Assembly (NCBI GenBank): GCA_000004985.1
Contig: GG738924.1
Length of the DNA stretch: 64,000 nt
Strand: one strand, 5' to 3'
Source of the DNA: Naegleria gruberi
Taxonomy: Eukaryota
The position numbers and the translations under genes are program-made. This document shows positions 49,233 to 60,361 of this stretch, piece after piece. Position 1 is the first letter of the stretch. Every line of letters begins with the position of its first letter. Below the pieces are notes generated by a model. That model was not told the DNA's origin, searched no databases, and was given only the letters and a program-made list of their open reading frames with translations.

Positions 49233-50195
49233 ATGATTCACAAGATTTCGTTACTTCTCTTGCTTGTTTCATGTTCTTGTTTAATGATGAGAATTTCGGA
49301 GGCAAGTGGAATTGATTTTTCATCGGAAATTGTTTATTGGATTGGTGCTAATCCTCATGGTTATTGGCAAGATCCATCCAATTGGGAAAATCATCAAATT
49401 CCAACAATGAATCAAACAGCAATTATTAAACATTCCAAATTGAGAATTTTACCTGATTTGGATGTTATTAAAGTGAAGCGAATAATTGTGGAAAGTAATA
49501 TTGCCACAAATCAAAGCTTCAAACAAGATGAAAATTTAATACTCATTGAAAATCCAATTCTCATTTCGAATGGCATTGAAATTGGTGAATTTTCAAAAGT
49601 GATTTTCAATGAAAATGTTGCTTGTTTGGAAGATTTTAATTGTCAATTGAATGTGAGAGGAAAAGTTGAAGTTTTTGATGGTGGAAGGGTTGGTTATTGG
49701 AATGAGAAATGGAATGGGTTTCGAATGGAAACTTGTTTGAAGAATTCGCAAGCTTCGTTCAAGATTTCGAATAAGAAAATCATGTGGAATGAAACGAAAT
49801 CAATTGAGGAGTGGAAAGATTCTTTGGACGGAGAGTTTGGGGAACTTTTTGCTAATCATGAAATTTTACTGTTTGTTCCCTCGACTCGAAATGTTAATGA
49901 ACAAATTTCGAATGAAGAATTGGAAACTCTATTAGAAAGGATAATTTCAGATATTTCTCATATTGTTGGAGGGGTTACTCTCCATCCGAATCAGAAAGGA
50001 TATTGGTTGAGTGAACGAGAGGGACTTGTCAGCGAATTAGTTAACATTATTTCTGTAAGCGTTCCGGATAATTTGTTGGTCGAAACAAAACGAAAGGTCA
50101 AGGAAATTTCGTTGCAATTACTTGAAGAATTGAATCAAGAAGCAATATTTGTAAAGATTGACTCTAATTCCTTTCTGCTAACCAAGAATAAATAA
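49233..50195 (+). CDS. Hypothetical secreted protein
   Basis: MIHKISLLLLLVSCSCLMMRISEASG looks like a signal peptide. No recognisable domain. Track ORF 49140 is in the same frame, and its upstream start is less likely. Ends in TAA. Confidence 0.4.
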   Translation: MIHKISLLLLLVSCSCLMMRISEASGIDFSSEIVYWIGANPHGYWQDPSNWENHQIPTMNQTAIIKHSKLRILPDLDVIKVKRIIVESNIATNQSFKQDENLILIENPILISNGIEIGEFSKVIFNENVACLEDFNCQLNVRGKVEVFDGGRVGYWNEKWNGFRMETCLKNSQASFKISNKKIMWNETKSIEEWKDSLDGEFGELFANHEILLFVPSTRNVNEQISNEELETLLERIISDISHIVGGVTLHPNQKGYWLSEREGLVSELVNIISVSVPDNLLVETKRKVKEISLQLLEELNQEAIFVKIDSNSFLLTKNK

Positions 50196-50550
50196 CTTTC
50201 TCTACCGAATCTACTCATTTAATAATGGATGCATTTCGAATATAAAACTATTCGAATCTGGGTTACCAATATCACTTTAAATGAACCAATGGTGCTAGAA
50301 ATAAGGTATGAGAACATGAATTTGAAAACTTGTCATGTGAAAAACCAAATTTTACCAAATTAGAAACTGAAAGTGGCCGAAACTTTTACAGAACAAGGAT
50401 TTTTATGGATTTGATGACACAATTAATCTCAATTTTTCAGGAGCATTGAAATGACAGGCAAACAAATTACTAAAAAGGCAAATTTTAAAAACCTGCCCAA
50501 CAATAAAGTTATTCGAAACTATCTGAAAAATTGACCTAAAAAAACAAAAC

Positions 50551-52683
50551 ATGACTCACAAGAATAACTCTACCACCAACAATACCACAACGTCTTCATC
50601 CATTGACCAAAATGCTACCACTTTTCAATTTCAATTTGTCTTTGACAAGGTCATGCTCAACCAAAGAACATTGAAATTATTCAAAGAATTTCTAATGAAG
50701 AGTTTACATTCCCCAGAAGCTATCCTCTTCTATGAGAAAGTTCTCGAATTTAAATCATTCGAAGGACAAGCTCTGACTGAACATCAGACGAAACTTGCTT
50801 AGAATATTGTGGAGAATGTTATTTTTGTTGGCTCCGCGCATGAAATTAACATTGGAAAAAGAGAGAGAAATCAGGTACTTGAGAGGGTGAAGAGATTATT
50901 AGGTAATAACCCACAAAGAAGTGAAGTTGAGTTGCAATATTTTTCGAATAGTAAGCAAACGCTCAATAAGAAAGAAACCGAAAGTGATGAACAATCAGAA
51001 ACTTCAACAAATAAGCAAAAGAGCTTTTCTTCGATGAATGAGACTTCTACCTTCATAATGGTCGATCCAATTAACATTTTTGATGAAGCATTAGTGACAG
51101 TTAAGAGACAACTCAAAGAAGACGTGTTTCCACTTTTTTTGAGAAGTGACAGATTTCTGACATTTTGTAAGAAGGCATCGAGAGAAACTCTGGGAGAGAT
51201 TGGTTATGAGAGAAGACAGTGTCGTCAATCTGGCAACGTTTCTATTGAAGATTTTTGGAAATTTTACAGAGCTGATTGTGAATCTCTAAATGTCAATGGT
51301 CAAGATGTCAAATTTTTAAGCTCTTTATCAATAGATAGTTCTGATTGGACTCTATTAGAGCAAGAATACTTTAAAAAGAGTTGTTTTGCAACATTTGTTT
51401 CATCTGAAACTCATTGCATGATTAGACCAGAAACTTCCGAATATAGAAATCCAAATTCACAACATATTTACAAATGTACAGGTGTCATTAATCACTCAAC
51501 TGAGAAAGTATTGAAAGCTCTGACAGATTCTCACTTTATGGCCACTTATGATAATAATTTAGCTGTTTGTGAATGCATTGATTTTGTAAATTCTCAAATT
51601 CAAAGCAATTCTCTTCCTGAATCATTATTCGAATTGGACGAAACTGTTCAATTCTCCTCCTCTATCATTCTACAAAATTATCCTTTCAACTGGCCACTTT
51701 CTGGAAGAGATTTCCTCACCAGTCAAACAGATGTCTATGAAAAATCCACTCAACGTTATTTCATTCTCATCAAATCTGTCAACCATCCACTTGCCAAACC
51801 AAAAGAAGGAAGTGTCAGATCTTATCTTGTCGGTGGTTGGATTATTCAACCAATTTCTGATGAATTCTCACGATATACTTTGGTCAATTATATGGATGTG
51901 AATATGAGTGAAAAATTAGTTCAGCAATTTCAACTGAGGAGAGGAAAGAAATTATTCCATTCGTTGAATAAGATATTGAAAGAGATGGACAGGAGTTCAA
52001 TGAATGAGGTGAATGATTCGTGTGGTTTATTGGAAACTTTGGACGAATTTTTGGATTTATACGAAATTAACATTGATGACCAATATAGGAAAGTGAAGAA
52101 ACTAAACAAGATGGAAATGAAGGAACTTCTCACTCCAAGAAAAACTCACCTCGCAAGCACTTCTACCTCAAATCTCGACCACCTTTCGAATAAGATTATT
52201 CGATTGACCTACATTTCCAAATGTAAGAAAAATTTCAATTCTACAGAGCTTGACAAGATTGCAACCACTGCAACTCGATTCAATTCCAGTATCAACGTAA
52301 CTGGTCTCCTTCTCTATTGTAAAGAAGGAATTTTCTATCAAGTATTAGAAGGTGAAAAAGAATTAGTTTCAAATCTATTCGAAAAGATTAAGAAAGATTC
52401 GAGACATTTCGATGTGAAATGTGTCAAAATGGAAACAGATTTATGTGATCGTGATAGACAATTCAAGGGATGGGCCATGAACACAGTTAACTTGGAAACG
52501 TCAGATCATTTCTTTGCTGATTTTATGAAAGAATTATTAGTGACAGTTTCAAAGATGGAGCTCAATAACATGACAGAAGATCAAGCTGTTGGGTTTATAT
52601 TCAAGACATCGAGGCAGATGTTTGAGAAGAGTAGGGAGAGCGGATTTGTTTCGAGATTAGGTTCTTGTTTTTGTATGAAATAA
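50551..52683 (+). CDS. RGS - START - BLUF multidomain signalling protein, interrupted by an in-frame TAG at 50800-50802
   Basis: RGS domain: FDKVMLNQRTLKLFKEFLMKSLHSPEAILFYEKVLEFKS ... [TAG] NIVENVIFVGSAHEINIG ... FDEALVTVKRQLKEDVFPLFLRSDRFLTF. START-like region: YFILIKSVNHPLAKPKEGSVRSYLVGGWIIQPISDEFSRYTLVNYMDVN. BLUF: RLTYISK...INVTGLLLYCKEGIFYQVLEGE...DSRHFDV...RQFKGWAMN. Ends in TAA. Confidence 0.7.
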
Positions 52684-53065
52684 AGGTAAATAAAGTGGAC
52701 GAAAGTAAACTAAAGTTGATTCTCAAAGTGTTATCTCTTTATGATCTAATAACGTATCAGTATTAGGAAGGTCCTATCTCCTGTAATAGAATGAAAACTA
52801 TTTTGGCGCCTTTTCCTCCTTAATGTCATCTGACAAGTGTCAAAAAACCACCAGTAAATGTCTCAAAACGTAAAAAATCCAACCATCAACCACCATCACC
52901 AAGTACATCTTAATTCCTCCTCCTCATAACAAATCCCATCTCACCTGCCAACCATCAAACCAACACTATTTTTTTTTCGCGCCATTTCCCTCTATCCAAT
53001 CTCTACAATTATTTTCAATTCAGCAACTCAAAAAAAAACTCGCGATTCCAAATTTCTTCGAAGAA

Positions 53066-56000
53066 ATGAGCAGCGTTGAATATCAGCACGGCAATGAAGT
53101 GCTTTTCATAAAGAAGGGAAGTAGTGGCGAGTCAACCAACAACAATAATAACGCGATGACCACAGAAAGTAATGATCATAAGGCACAGGAATTGGCTCAT
53201 CACGGCGATTCGAAGGATGAACATGTTGATAGTCAACATCATCACCCGAAAGGACCGTTTACATTAACGGCAGATGAATTGTCAGAGATGCATCAGAATA
53301 AGGATTTGAAAGGGTTGCAAAAGATGGGTGGAATGTCTGGTTTGATGAGAGATTTGAAAACTGATGCAAAGAGGGGGATTGCCTGGAAGTCGAATTATCA
53401 AAGTTATGATGAGAGGACGAATCTGTATGGTCTTAATGTGTATCCTGAACCGCCGGCTAAAGGTCTCTTCAAAATATTCTTTGAGGCTCTATCAGACGAA
53501 ACTCACATTATTTTAATGATATTCGCCTTCATTTCGATGGTGTTGGGATTGGCATTTCCTGAATCTGAAGAGGAAAGACCAATTGGTTGGATTGATTCGT
53601 TTGCAATTTATATAGCTGTAGCTATTGTTTGTGTGGTTACAACCGCCAACGACTATTCGAAAGAGAAAAAGTTTAAAAACTTGTCAAGAGAATCCAAAAA
53701 GGTAATGGTTAAGGTTATTAGAGATGGGGAAAATTTTAGCGTTCTCACTGATGATATCAGAGTTGGAGATATTGTTGAAATTGAACAAGGAGATGGTATT
53801 CCAGCTGATGGGCTCTGTATTGAATCAAACCATTTGAAAACAGACGAATCTGTCATGACAGGAGAACCAGATTTGATTAAGAAGAATACAACAGAATTAA
53901 TTTTCTTATTGAGTGGTTGTACAGTTGCTGAAGGTTCTGGAAAGATGCTTGTTACAGGTGTTGGTGTTGGAAGTGAATGGGGAAGAACCTTGCAAAGTTT
54001 GAAAGAAGCCAATGAAGAACAAAGAGAAACTCCTCTCGAAGCCAAATTAGATAAGCTCGCCATCAATATTGGTAAAGTTGGTACTGCATTTGCGATTGGT
54101 ACTGTTACCATTTTGATTTTGGCCTTTTGGATTAAGAAATTGATGTACACTTCAACTTGGGTTGAGGCCTCATCAACATTTGAAGAAACTTGGCAAGAAA
54201 AGAATGTAGTTGATGTGGTCAAGTACTTTATTATTGCTTTGACTATTGTCGTCGTTGCTGTCCCTGAAGGTTTACCACTTGCTGTCACAATTGCTCTTGC
54301 TTACTCTGTTCGTAAAATGATGAAAGATCAGAATTTAGTTAGACACTTGGCAGCTTGTGAGACTATGGGTGGTGCTAACAATATTTGTTCTGACAAGACT
54401 GGTACACTTACTTTGAATCAGATGAGAGTTACCCAAGCTTATTTTGGAGATCGATTCTTTGGTGAGCAATTGAGCTCAATACTGTTGACATTGAAATCAC
54501 CACTGTTGCAAGTAATCATTGATGGTATTGTTGCCAATTCAAAGGCAAACTTGGTCAAGGGTGATGACAATAATAAGAATAAGGAGTATGCCACTCAAGG
54601 AAGTAAGACTGAAGCTGCTCTTTTACTTTTACTTGTCAAACATTTGAATCAGACCATTGACAGTTACAAAGATAGAAGAAATGAATTGCTAAGTGAAGAA
54701 AGAGGCTCTCACCTCCAACTTCCATTCAATTCCAACTTGAAGCGTATGAGTACCATCGTTACAAACTCTGAGGGAGAAACCAGATATCGTCTCTTCACAA
54801 AGGGTGCTTCTGAAATTGTCCTCAAATTGTGCTCCTATCACATGGCTAGTGATGGTTCATTGAGAAAGATGGATTCTGAAAAGGAAGCTGAAATGATGAA
54901 ATGTATTGAAGATATGGCTAATCAAGGTTTGAGAACAATTTGCTTGGCCTACAGAGATGTCAATCCAGAAGTTGAATTCTCATCACGAGCTGATGAAGAA
55001 AATTATTTAGAAAATATTGATCCAGTTACCTTGGAACAAGATTTAGTATGTATTGGTATTGTAGGCATTAAGGATCCATTGAGACCTGAAGTACCAGCAG
55101 CTATTGAACAATGTAAGAAATCAGGTATCACTGTCCGTATGATTACAGGTGACAATATCTTGACAGCCAAGTATATTGCCAGAGAGTGTGGTATCTTGTC
55201 GAAGGATGGTATTGCTATTGAAGGCCCAACATTCAGAAAGATGACTCCAGAGCAAATTGATGAGATTCTTCCAAAATTACAAGTTATGGCTCGTTCCTCA
55301 CCAACTGACAAGTTTATTCTTGTAAAGCATTTGAGAAAGAAGGGTAACGTTGTTGCTGTGACTGGAGATGGTACCAATGATGCTCCAGCTCTTAAAGAAG
55401 CCGATGTTGGATTGAGTATGGGTCTTAGTGGAACCCAGGTTGCTAAGGAAGCTTCTGATATCATTATTTTGGACGATAACTTCTCATCCATTGTTAAGAG
55501 TGTGTTGTGGGGTCGTTCCATTTACGAGAATATCAGAAAGTTTTTAGTTTTCCAATTGACAGTCAACGTGGTTGCTTTGATTTTAACAATTGTTTCTGCT
55601 GTTTCGTCTGCTTTCCAACATAATTCTTCCTATAGGCCACCTTTGAGTCCTGTACAAATGTTGTGGATCAACTTGATCATGGACACGTTTGCAGCTCTCG
55701 CCCTTGCCACAGAACCTCCAATTCCAGAACTTTTAGACAGAAAACCTCACGGAAGAAAGGATTCCCTCATTACAATGAGAATGTGGACCTTCATTGCTGC
55801 TGAATCAATCTTCCAGCTCACTGTCATGTTCACACTCTTCTATGGAGCAACCTCATTCAGAGGACTTTCATTCAGCTTAGCCAGAAATGATGCTGAAATG
55901 AGAACCATCATTTTTAATGCTTTCGTATTTTGTCAAGTTTTCAATCAATTCAACGCAAGAAAGATTAATTTTGAGTATGATATTTTCAGAGGAGTTTTCA

Positions 56001-56317
56001 AGAGTTTCTGGTTTATTGGTATCACCATAATGATTTTCATTTTACAAATTGCCATCATTAACTTTGCCTATTATGATCCAATTCTTATTGGTTTGGGTAA
56101 GAATGATGGTTTGACTGCCTCCAATTTTACCCAGACCATTCCATTGAATTGGTATCAATGGGCCATAACTATTTCCATTGGTTTCATCAGTATTCCATAT
56201 GGCTTTTTAGTGAGATTCGTCAGCAGAATGTTTTTGAAATTATTGAGCTTGAAGAAGAATAACAGACAAATTACCAGTGATGGCTACGAGGAAACCTATT
56301 CCAAAGCAAGTGAATAA
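53066..56317 (+). CDS. Plasma-membrane-type Ca2+-transporting P-type ATPase (PMCA family), 1083 aa, single exon
   Basis: P-type motifs TGES-equivalent region, phosphorylation site CSDKTGTLT, KGAPE-like KGASE, DPLRPEV, TGDN, GDGTNDAPAL. Ten predicted TM segments. Ends in TAA. Confidence 0.92.
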   Translation: MSSVEYQHGNEVLFIKKGSSGESTNNNNNAMTTESNDHKAQELAHHGDSKDEHVDSQHHHPKGPFTLTADELSEMHQNKDLKGLQKMGGMSGLMRDLKTDAKRGIAWKSNYQSYDERTNLYGLNVYPEPPAKGLFKIFFEALSDETHIILMIFAFISMVLGLAFPESEEERPIGWIDSFAIYIAVAIVCVVTTANDYSKEKKFKNLSRESKKVMVKVIRDGENFSVLTDDIRVGDIVEIEQGDGIPADGLCIESNHLKTDESVMTGEPDLIKKNTTELIFLLSGCTVAEGSGKMLVTGVGVGSEWGRTLQSLKEANEEQRETPLEAKLDKLAINIGKVGTAFAIGTVTILILAFWIKKLMYTSTWVEASSTFEETWQEKNVVDVVKYFIIALTIVVVAVPEGLPLAVTIALAYSVRKMMKDQNLVRHLAACETMGGANNICSDKTGTLTLNQMRVTQAYFGDRFFGEQLSSILLTLKSPLLQVIIDGIVANSKANLVKGDDNNKNKEYATQGSKTEAALLLLLVKHLNQTIDSYKDRRNELLSEERGSHLQLPFNSNLKRMSTIVTNSEGETRYRLFTKGASEIVLKLCSYHMASDGSLRKMDSEKEAEMMKCIEDMANQGLRTICLAYRDVNPEVEFSSRADEENYLENIDPVTLEQDLVCIGIVGIKDPLRPEVPAAIEQCKKSGITVRMITGDNILTAKYIARECGILSKDGIAIEGPTFRKMTPEQIDEILPKLQVMARSSPTDKFILVKHLRKKGNVVAVTGDGTNDAPALKEADVGLSMGLSGTQVAKEASDIIILDDNFSSIVKSVLWGRSIYENIRKFLVFQLTVNVVALILTIVSAVSSAFQHNSSYRPPLSPVQMLWINLIMDTFAALALATEPPIPELLDRKPHGRKDSLITMRMWTFIAAESIFQLTVMFTLFYGATSFRGLSFSLARNDAEMRTIIFNAFVFCQVFNQFNARKINFEYDIFRGVFKSFWFIGITIMIFILQIAIINFAYYDPILIGLGKNDGLTASNFTQTIPLNWYQWAITISIGFISIPYGFLVRFVSRMFLKLLSLKKNNRQITSDGYEETYSKASE

Positions 56318-56442
56318 ATTGTATATTATAATATAAAATTAATATTTTGAAAAATTCTTATCAATTATTTACAGTAAACATTTCCCGCCCAACAACAATT
56401 AAAAAATGAAAAAGCAAAGAAAAATTTCATCCATCAAAAAAA

Positions 56443-57210
56443 CACGGGTGGCCGACGCATATCCCTTTTGGCCTGAAATCAGCACTGGGAAAACGTGGGC
56501 CAAGTTGACTTCCAGAGAAATACATAGGTACATGATACCATATTTTCACAGTATGAGTTATCACGCTAAAAAATAATTTTGGAAAACTTTTATTAATTTT
56601 TGTATTGTTTTTGACGAGTTATAAATAAATTCCCATTTTTAGAATTTTTTAAAATGGATTAATATGGTATTATCATAATGAATACAGAAATTCATCAAAT
56701 AATATGAATCAATAATATAAATTGTGTATTAATGTACTTAAATTTCAATTTTCATTAATTCATTCCAACAAATAAAAGACTAGTTATAAAATAATAATAG
56801 GTGTCAATTGACAATCGCATTAATAGATCATACTTTATTTTAAATTGATGATATTTTAACATCACCTTATAGACATTGTATGTATAATATTTTATCATTT
56901 TAGTTGGTTGATATCAGATTATCAACAAGATAGAGCTCAACAAAACATTTTTTCCAAAATATGTTAGTGTTTTCATAAGTAAATTAAAAAAACTGACGAC
57001 AAAAGTTGCTAAATAGTGTTTAGAGAATTTTCACGTATACGACCATGTATAACGTGTTGTAATAAAAAACTAGATAGGGAAAAACATTTAATTCTAAGCT
57101 AAAATTTGAAAATACTTTTATTAACCAATATTTTTCATGTTCTAAAAATAATCAGCTTGTTTGGCCTGAAGGAGACTTCTAAAAAAAATCGCTGGAGTCG
57201 GCCACCCGTG
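56443..57210. mobile_element. MITE-like non-autonomous DNA transposon (768 bp) with 14-bp perfect terminal inverted repeats and 8-bp flanking direct repeats
   Basis: Left end CACGGGTGGCCGAC (56443-56456). Right end GTCGGCCACCCGTG (57197-57210) is its exact reverse complement. Identical CAAAAAAA flanks at 56435-56442 and 57211-57218 (candidate 8-bp TSD, hAT-like). Subterminal TTGGCCTGAA motifs at both ends. AT-rich non-coding interior. Confidence 0.45.
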
Positions 57211-57250
57211 CAAAAAAACAAAATAAAAATTTCAATATTATTCACTCACA

Positions 57251-58627
57251 TTAATACTCATCATCTTCTTGATTGGAAGAACTTTCATCATCATTGTATC
57301 CGTACCGTTGATTCCATCGACTAGAATGAACATACTCCCTCTCTGTAGTTGTAATTTCAGGCTGAAATTCAGATAAATTTAAATAGCCTTCATTCATCTT
57401 GGCTTGATTGTTGTTGGAGTGATGATGAGAAGCAGCAGCAACACCTCCTCCTTCTCCCATCTTGCTAGCTTTACAGATGGGACACGGATACTCCTTATTA
57501 AAGCCTTTCCATGCCTTTAAACAATCCGCATGAACATTTACTCCACAACAATGACAATATCCTGCCTCCTTCTGTTCATCAAGTTGAGAAAATCCATCAC
57601 AACAAATAGGACAATTGGAAGTGATGAAGGGATTTCTCTCCTCTTCTCCTTTTAGATGTTTGTAGGTGGCTATGGCTTGTGAATTTGCCATTGAATTATT
57701 AGCTGGAGCCTTCTTGAATATTTCCTCTAATTCTGATGGTAGCAAGGCATGTTGATAGATGAGATAGGAAGACTCTTCTATACGTAGTACCTTCAACAGA
57801 ACGAATAACTTAATTTACACAACATAATAATAATAATTAACAATATATATTTACATCACGATTAACAACGAATAGATAATTAATTAGAGAGGAGAAAGTA
57901 CTTACAACATGTTTACACAGATTACCATTCTCTGCATCAGGACAATTACACGAAGGTTCTTCACCAATAACAACATCATAGACATTACCTGTTGTTCCCA
58001 TCACGACAAATGTCTGCTCATGAGCACTATTTACCTTTCTTTCTATGAGGAATAATCTACGTGATATGTGTTAAATAGTAGTATTTCATATCATTATTGA
58101 ATTAATTGTGAAATTATTGGAACAACCTACTTTTGAGTGAGAGCTCTTTCAATTCTTTCTTGAGTTTTAATTGGACAACTGGAAACAAATCTTCTCTTTC
58201 TATGTTCTTTAGATTTGTGAGAGCTAATGTGATGATGAGTGGTTGCTGCAACCTCAGCTGGTTCTTCCTTTTTTGAAATGGACAAGGAACTGAATGAATG
58301 TGGATGCAACAAATCCTCCTCCAGAATATCATCACTCACCTTCTCCTTCTTTGGACTTTCTTCCTTCTTTAATTCGGAATCATTGTGTTTTCTCTTCTCT
58401 CCATGATGATCATGATGATGTTCCTCCACCAAATGATTGAATTCTTTAATCTTTTCAATTAATTCTTCCTTTCTCAAATGGGAACAACCATGATAAATTC
58501 CCAAATCTTTCATGTGTTGTTTTAATTGGTCAACTGTGAGAGCCCACAAGTCCAAATCACTGTAGAATACTTTAAAACTGCCAGATGATGATGTAGCAGT
58601 AGAATGATGATGATCAGTTTGATGCAT
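57251..58627 (-). CDS. SAP - SWIM zinc finger - RING-type E3 ubiquitin ligase-like protein, 3 exons (58627..58131, 58056..57906, 57790..57251)
   Basis: Exon 1 has a SAP-like LTVDQLKQHMKDLGIYHGCSHLRKEELIEKI. Intron 58130..58057 (GTAGGT...CACGTAG, 74 nt). Exon 2 has the SWIM CxCxnCxH (CNCPDAENGNLCKHV). Intron 57905..57791 (GTAAGT...TTGAAG, 115 nt). Exon 3 has RING-like CPICCDGF...CHCCGVNVHADCL...CPIC. Ends in TAA. Confidence 0.65.
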
Positions 58628-58829
58628 TCTTTTGAATTATTTGAATTAACTGTTTATTATCTTTCTTTAGTCCAATTATTTGAAGTTCAAAAATGGAACC
58701 TTTTCATATTTGGTCAATTTGATTTGAACCAACTTTTTCTTGAGGACTTTAACAGAATTTAACTGTTGGTTAGTATTTAGTATTGGAACTGTGAATCATC
58801 ATGATTGCCTTACAATGTCTAGAAATTGC

Positions 58830-59789
58830 TTATTTGAAAACTCTCACAACACCATATTGAGCATCACAAACAAATAATTCACCACTAATTGAATTGAAAC
58901 ACATTCCACCAACATTGGCACCCTCCTTTCTATTCTCAAATGATTTGACAATGGCGCCACTCTCCACACTAATCATCAACAGACCATGTCCTTCCTTATT
59001 TAAGAGAATGTATTGATTCGTCTGGTCGAGAAGAAATGAAAAGGAAATGTCTTCATCTTGTGGATAAGAAAATAATCCTTCCTTTGCAATGGATTTCACA
59101 CATGACCATACACCACGTTCATTCTGAGAATAGATTTGAAACAAGTTGGTTGGGAAATTGTTTCGAATACCAACAATCATTGAACCATCTTTTGGATCAA
59201 TAACTGGTTGGAAACATGAAATGACTGGAAGTACATCATCATCATCATCGTTCATCAACCCTGTCAGGCTATCTACTTTTCCAATGCAATTCTTTGGAGA
59301 CCCACAAACGTAAATCTTATTTCCATCCTTTTCCTTAACAAGTGACATTCCCTTAAATTCACAACTTGCGTACAATCTCCACAAACAATCAGCATATTGA
59401 TTGTACGTGGCTGCTTCAATGAGATTGGCAAGATCATATTTAATCATTTCATCATTGGAAGAGACAATTAGGGCATCCTTATTCGATTCGTAATTCTCCT
59501 CAATGAGAATTCTCAAGATTGGAGAAATTGGAACTTTAATGGCAAGTTTAAAGGCCTTTGTGTGGATATCGAGGACATTGATAGAATTATTGTAAAAGTC
59601 AGCAATTAGGATACAGGAATGATTGTGAGATAGTTTAATATCAACTGGAAATCCTGGAACTTTCTTTCTGTATTGAGATTCGTCACTGATATCCGAAACT
59701 AATCCTCCTATTGTTTGAACACATTCGAGTTGGAGTTTTGTTCTTCTGTTGTGGTAGGTGCTACTATTACTGAAAGGACTTGGAGCCAT
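58830..59789 (-). CDS. Hypothetical beta-propeller (NHL-repeat-like) protein, 319 aa
   Basis: Single ORF ending in TAA. Repeated hydrophobic-G-x-V-x-D blocks, ending ...LFVCDAQYGVVRVFK (NHL-like). Confidence 0.45.
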   Translation of the reverse strand: MAPSPFSNSSTYHNRRTKLQLECVQTIGGLVSDISDESQYRKKVPGFPVDIKLSHNHSCILIADFYNNSINVLDIHTKAFKLAIKVPISPILRILIEENYESNKDALIVSSNDEMIKYDLANLIEAATYNQYADCLWRLYASCEFKGMSLVKEKDGNKIYVCGSPKNCIGKVDSLTGLMNDDDDDVLPVISCFQPVIDPKDGSMIVGIRNNFPTNLFQIYSQNERGVWSCVKSIAKEGLFSYPQDEDISFSFLLDQTNQYILLNKEGHGLLMISVESGAIVKSFENRKEGANVGGMCFNSISGELFVCDAQYGVVRVFK

Positions 59790-60361
59790 TTTGTTTTCAA
59801 TGAAATAATAACTTTCGAATGGTGATTGAATTATACGAAAACAATGCTAACAACTTTCTAATAAACACAAAGTAGTGTTATCTCCAATAAGAGATGTCTG
59901 TTTAAATCACCAGAATAGACAGTCAACCCTACCAAATGACATTTCGTGACATTAGTAAATTCAAACAAGGGAGAATAAACTTGAAATGATTTTTCAAAAT
60001 TGTATTTAAAGATTTTGGAAAGAAAAAATTTCGTTTAAGGATTTTTTTGTATACGAATCTCTCAGTTGGATTTTTAATTAAATTGATAATATGGTATAGA
60101 TTCTTATTTTTCAAAATGACAGACGTCAAACTAAACCTTTCGTTTCAATAGCCCATTATCTTTTCTTATTACAATTTCACTTTACAGTTGTATTATTGAA
60201 AATGTCAAATGACAATTTTTTTAACAAACTTTACAAACACTCTTAAACTGGAAACTTGAACAAAATCACCAATCGTTTTTACTAAGTGATTTTCCCAGAT
60301 CAAAAGGATTCTCTCTAGTATTACCTGTCAAGTGACATTCAACTGTCATTGTTAAAAAAAA

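Noticed and set aside
53653-55521. Minus-strand ORFs 53653..54288 and 55003..55521
   Set aside because: They lie entirely inside and antisense to the well-supported PMCA coding sequence.
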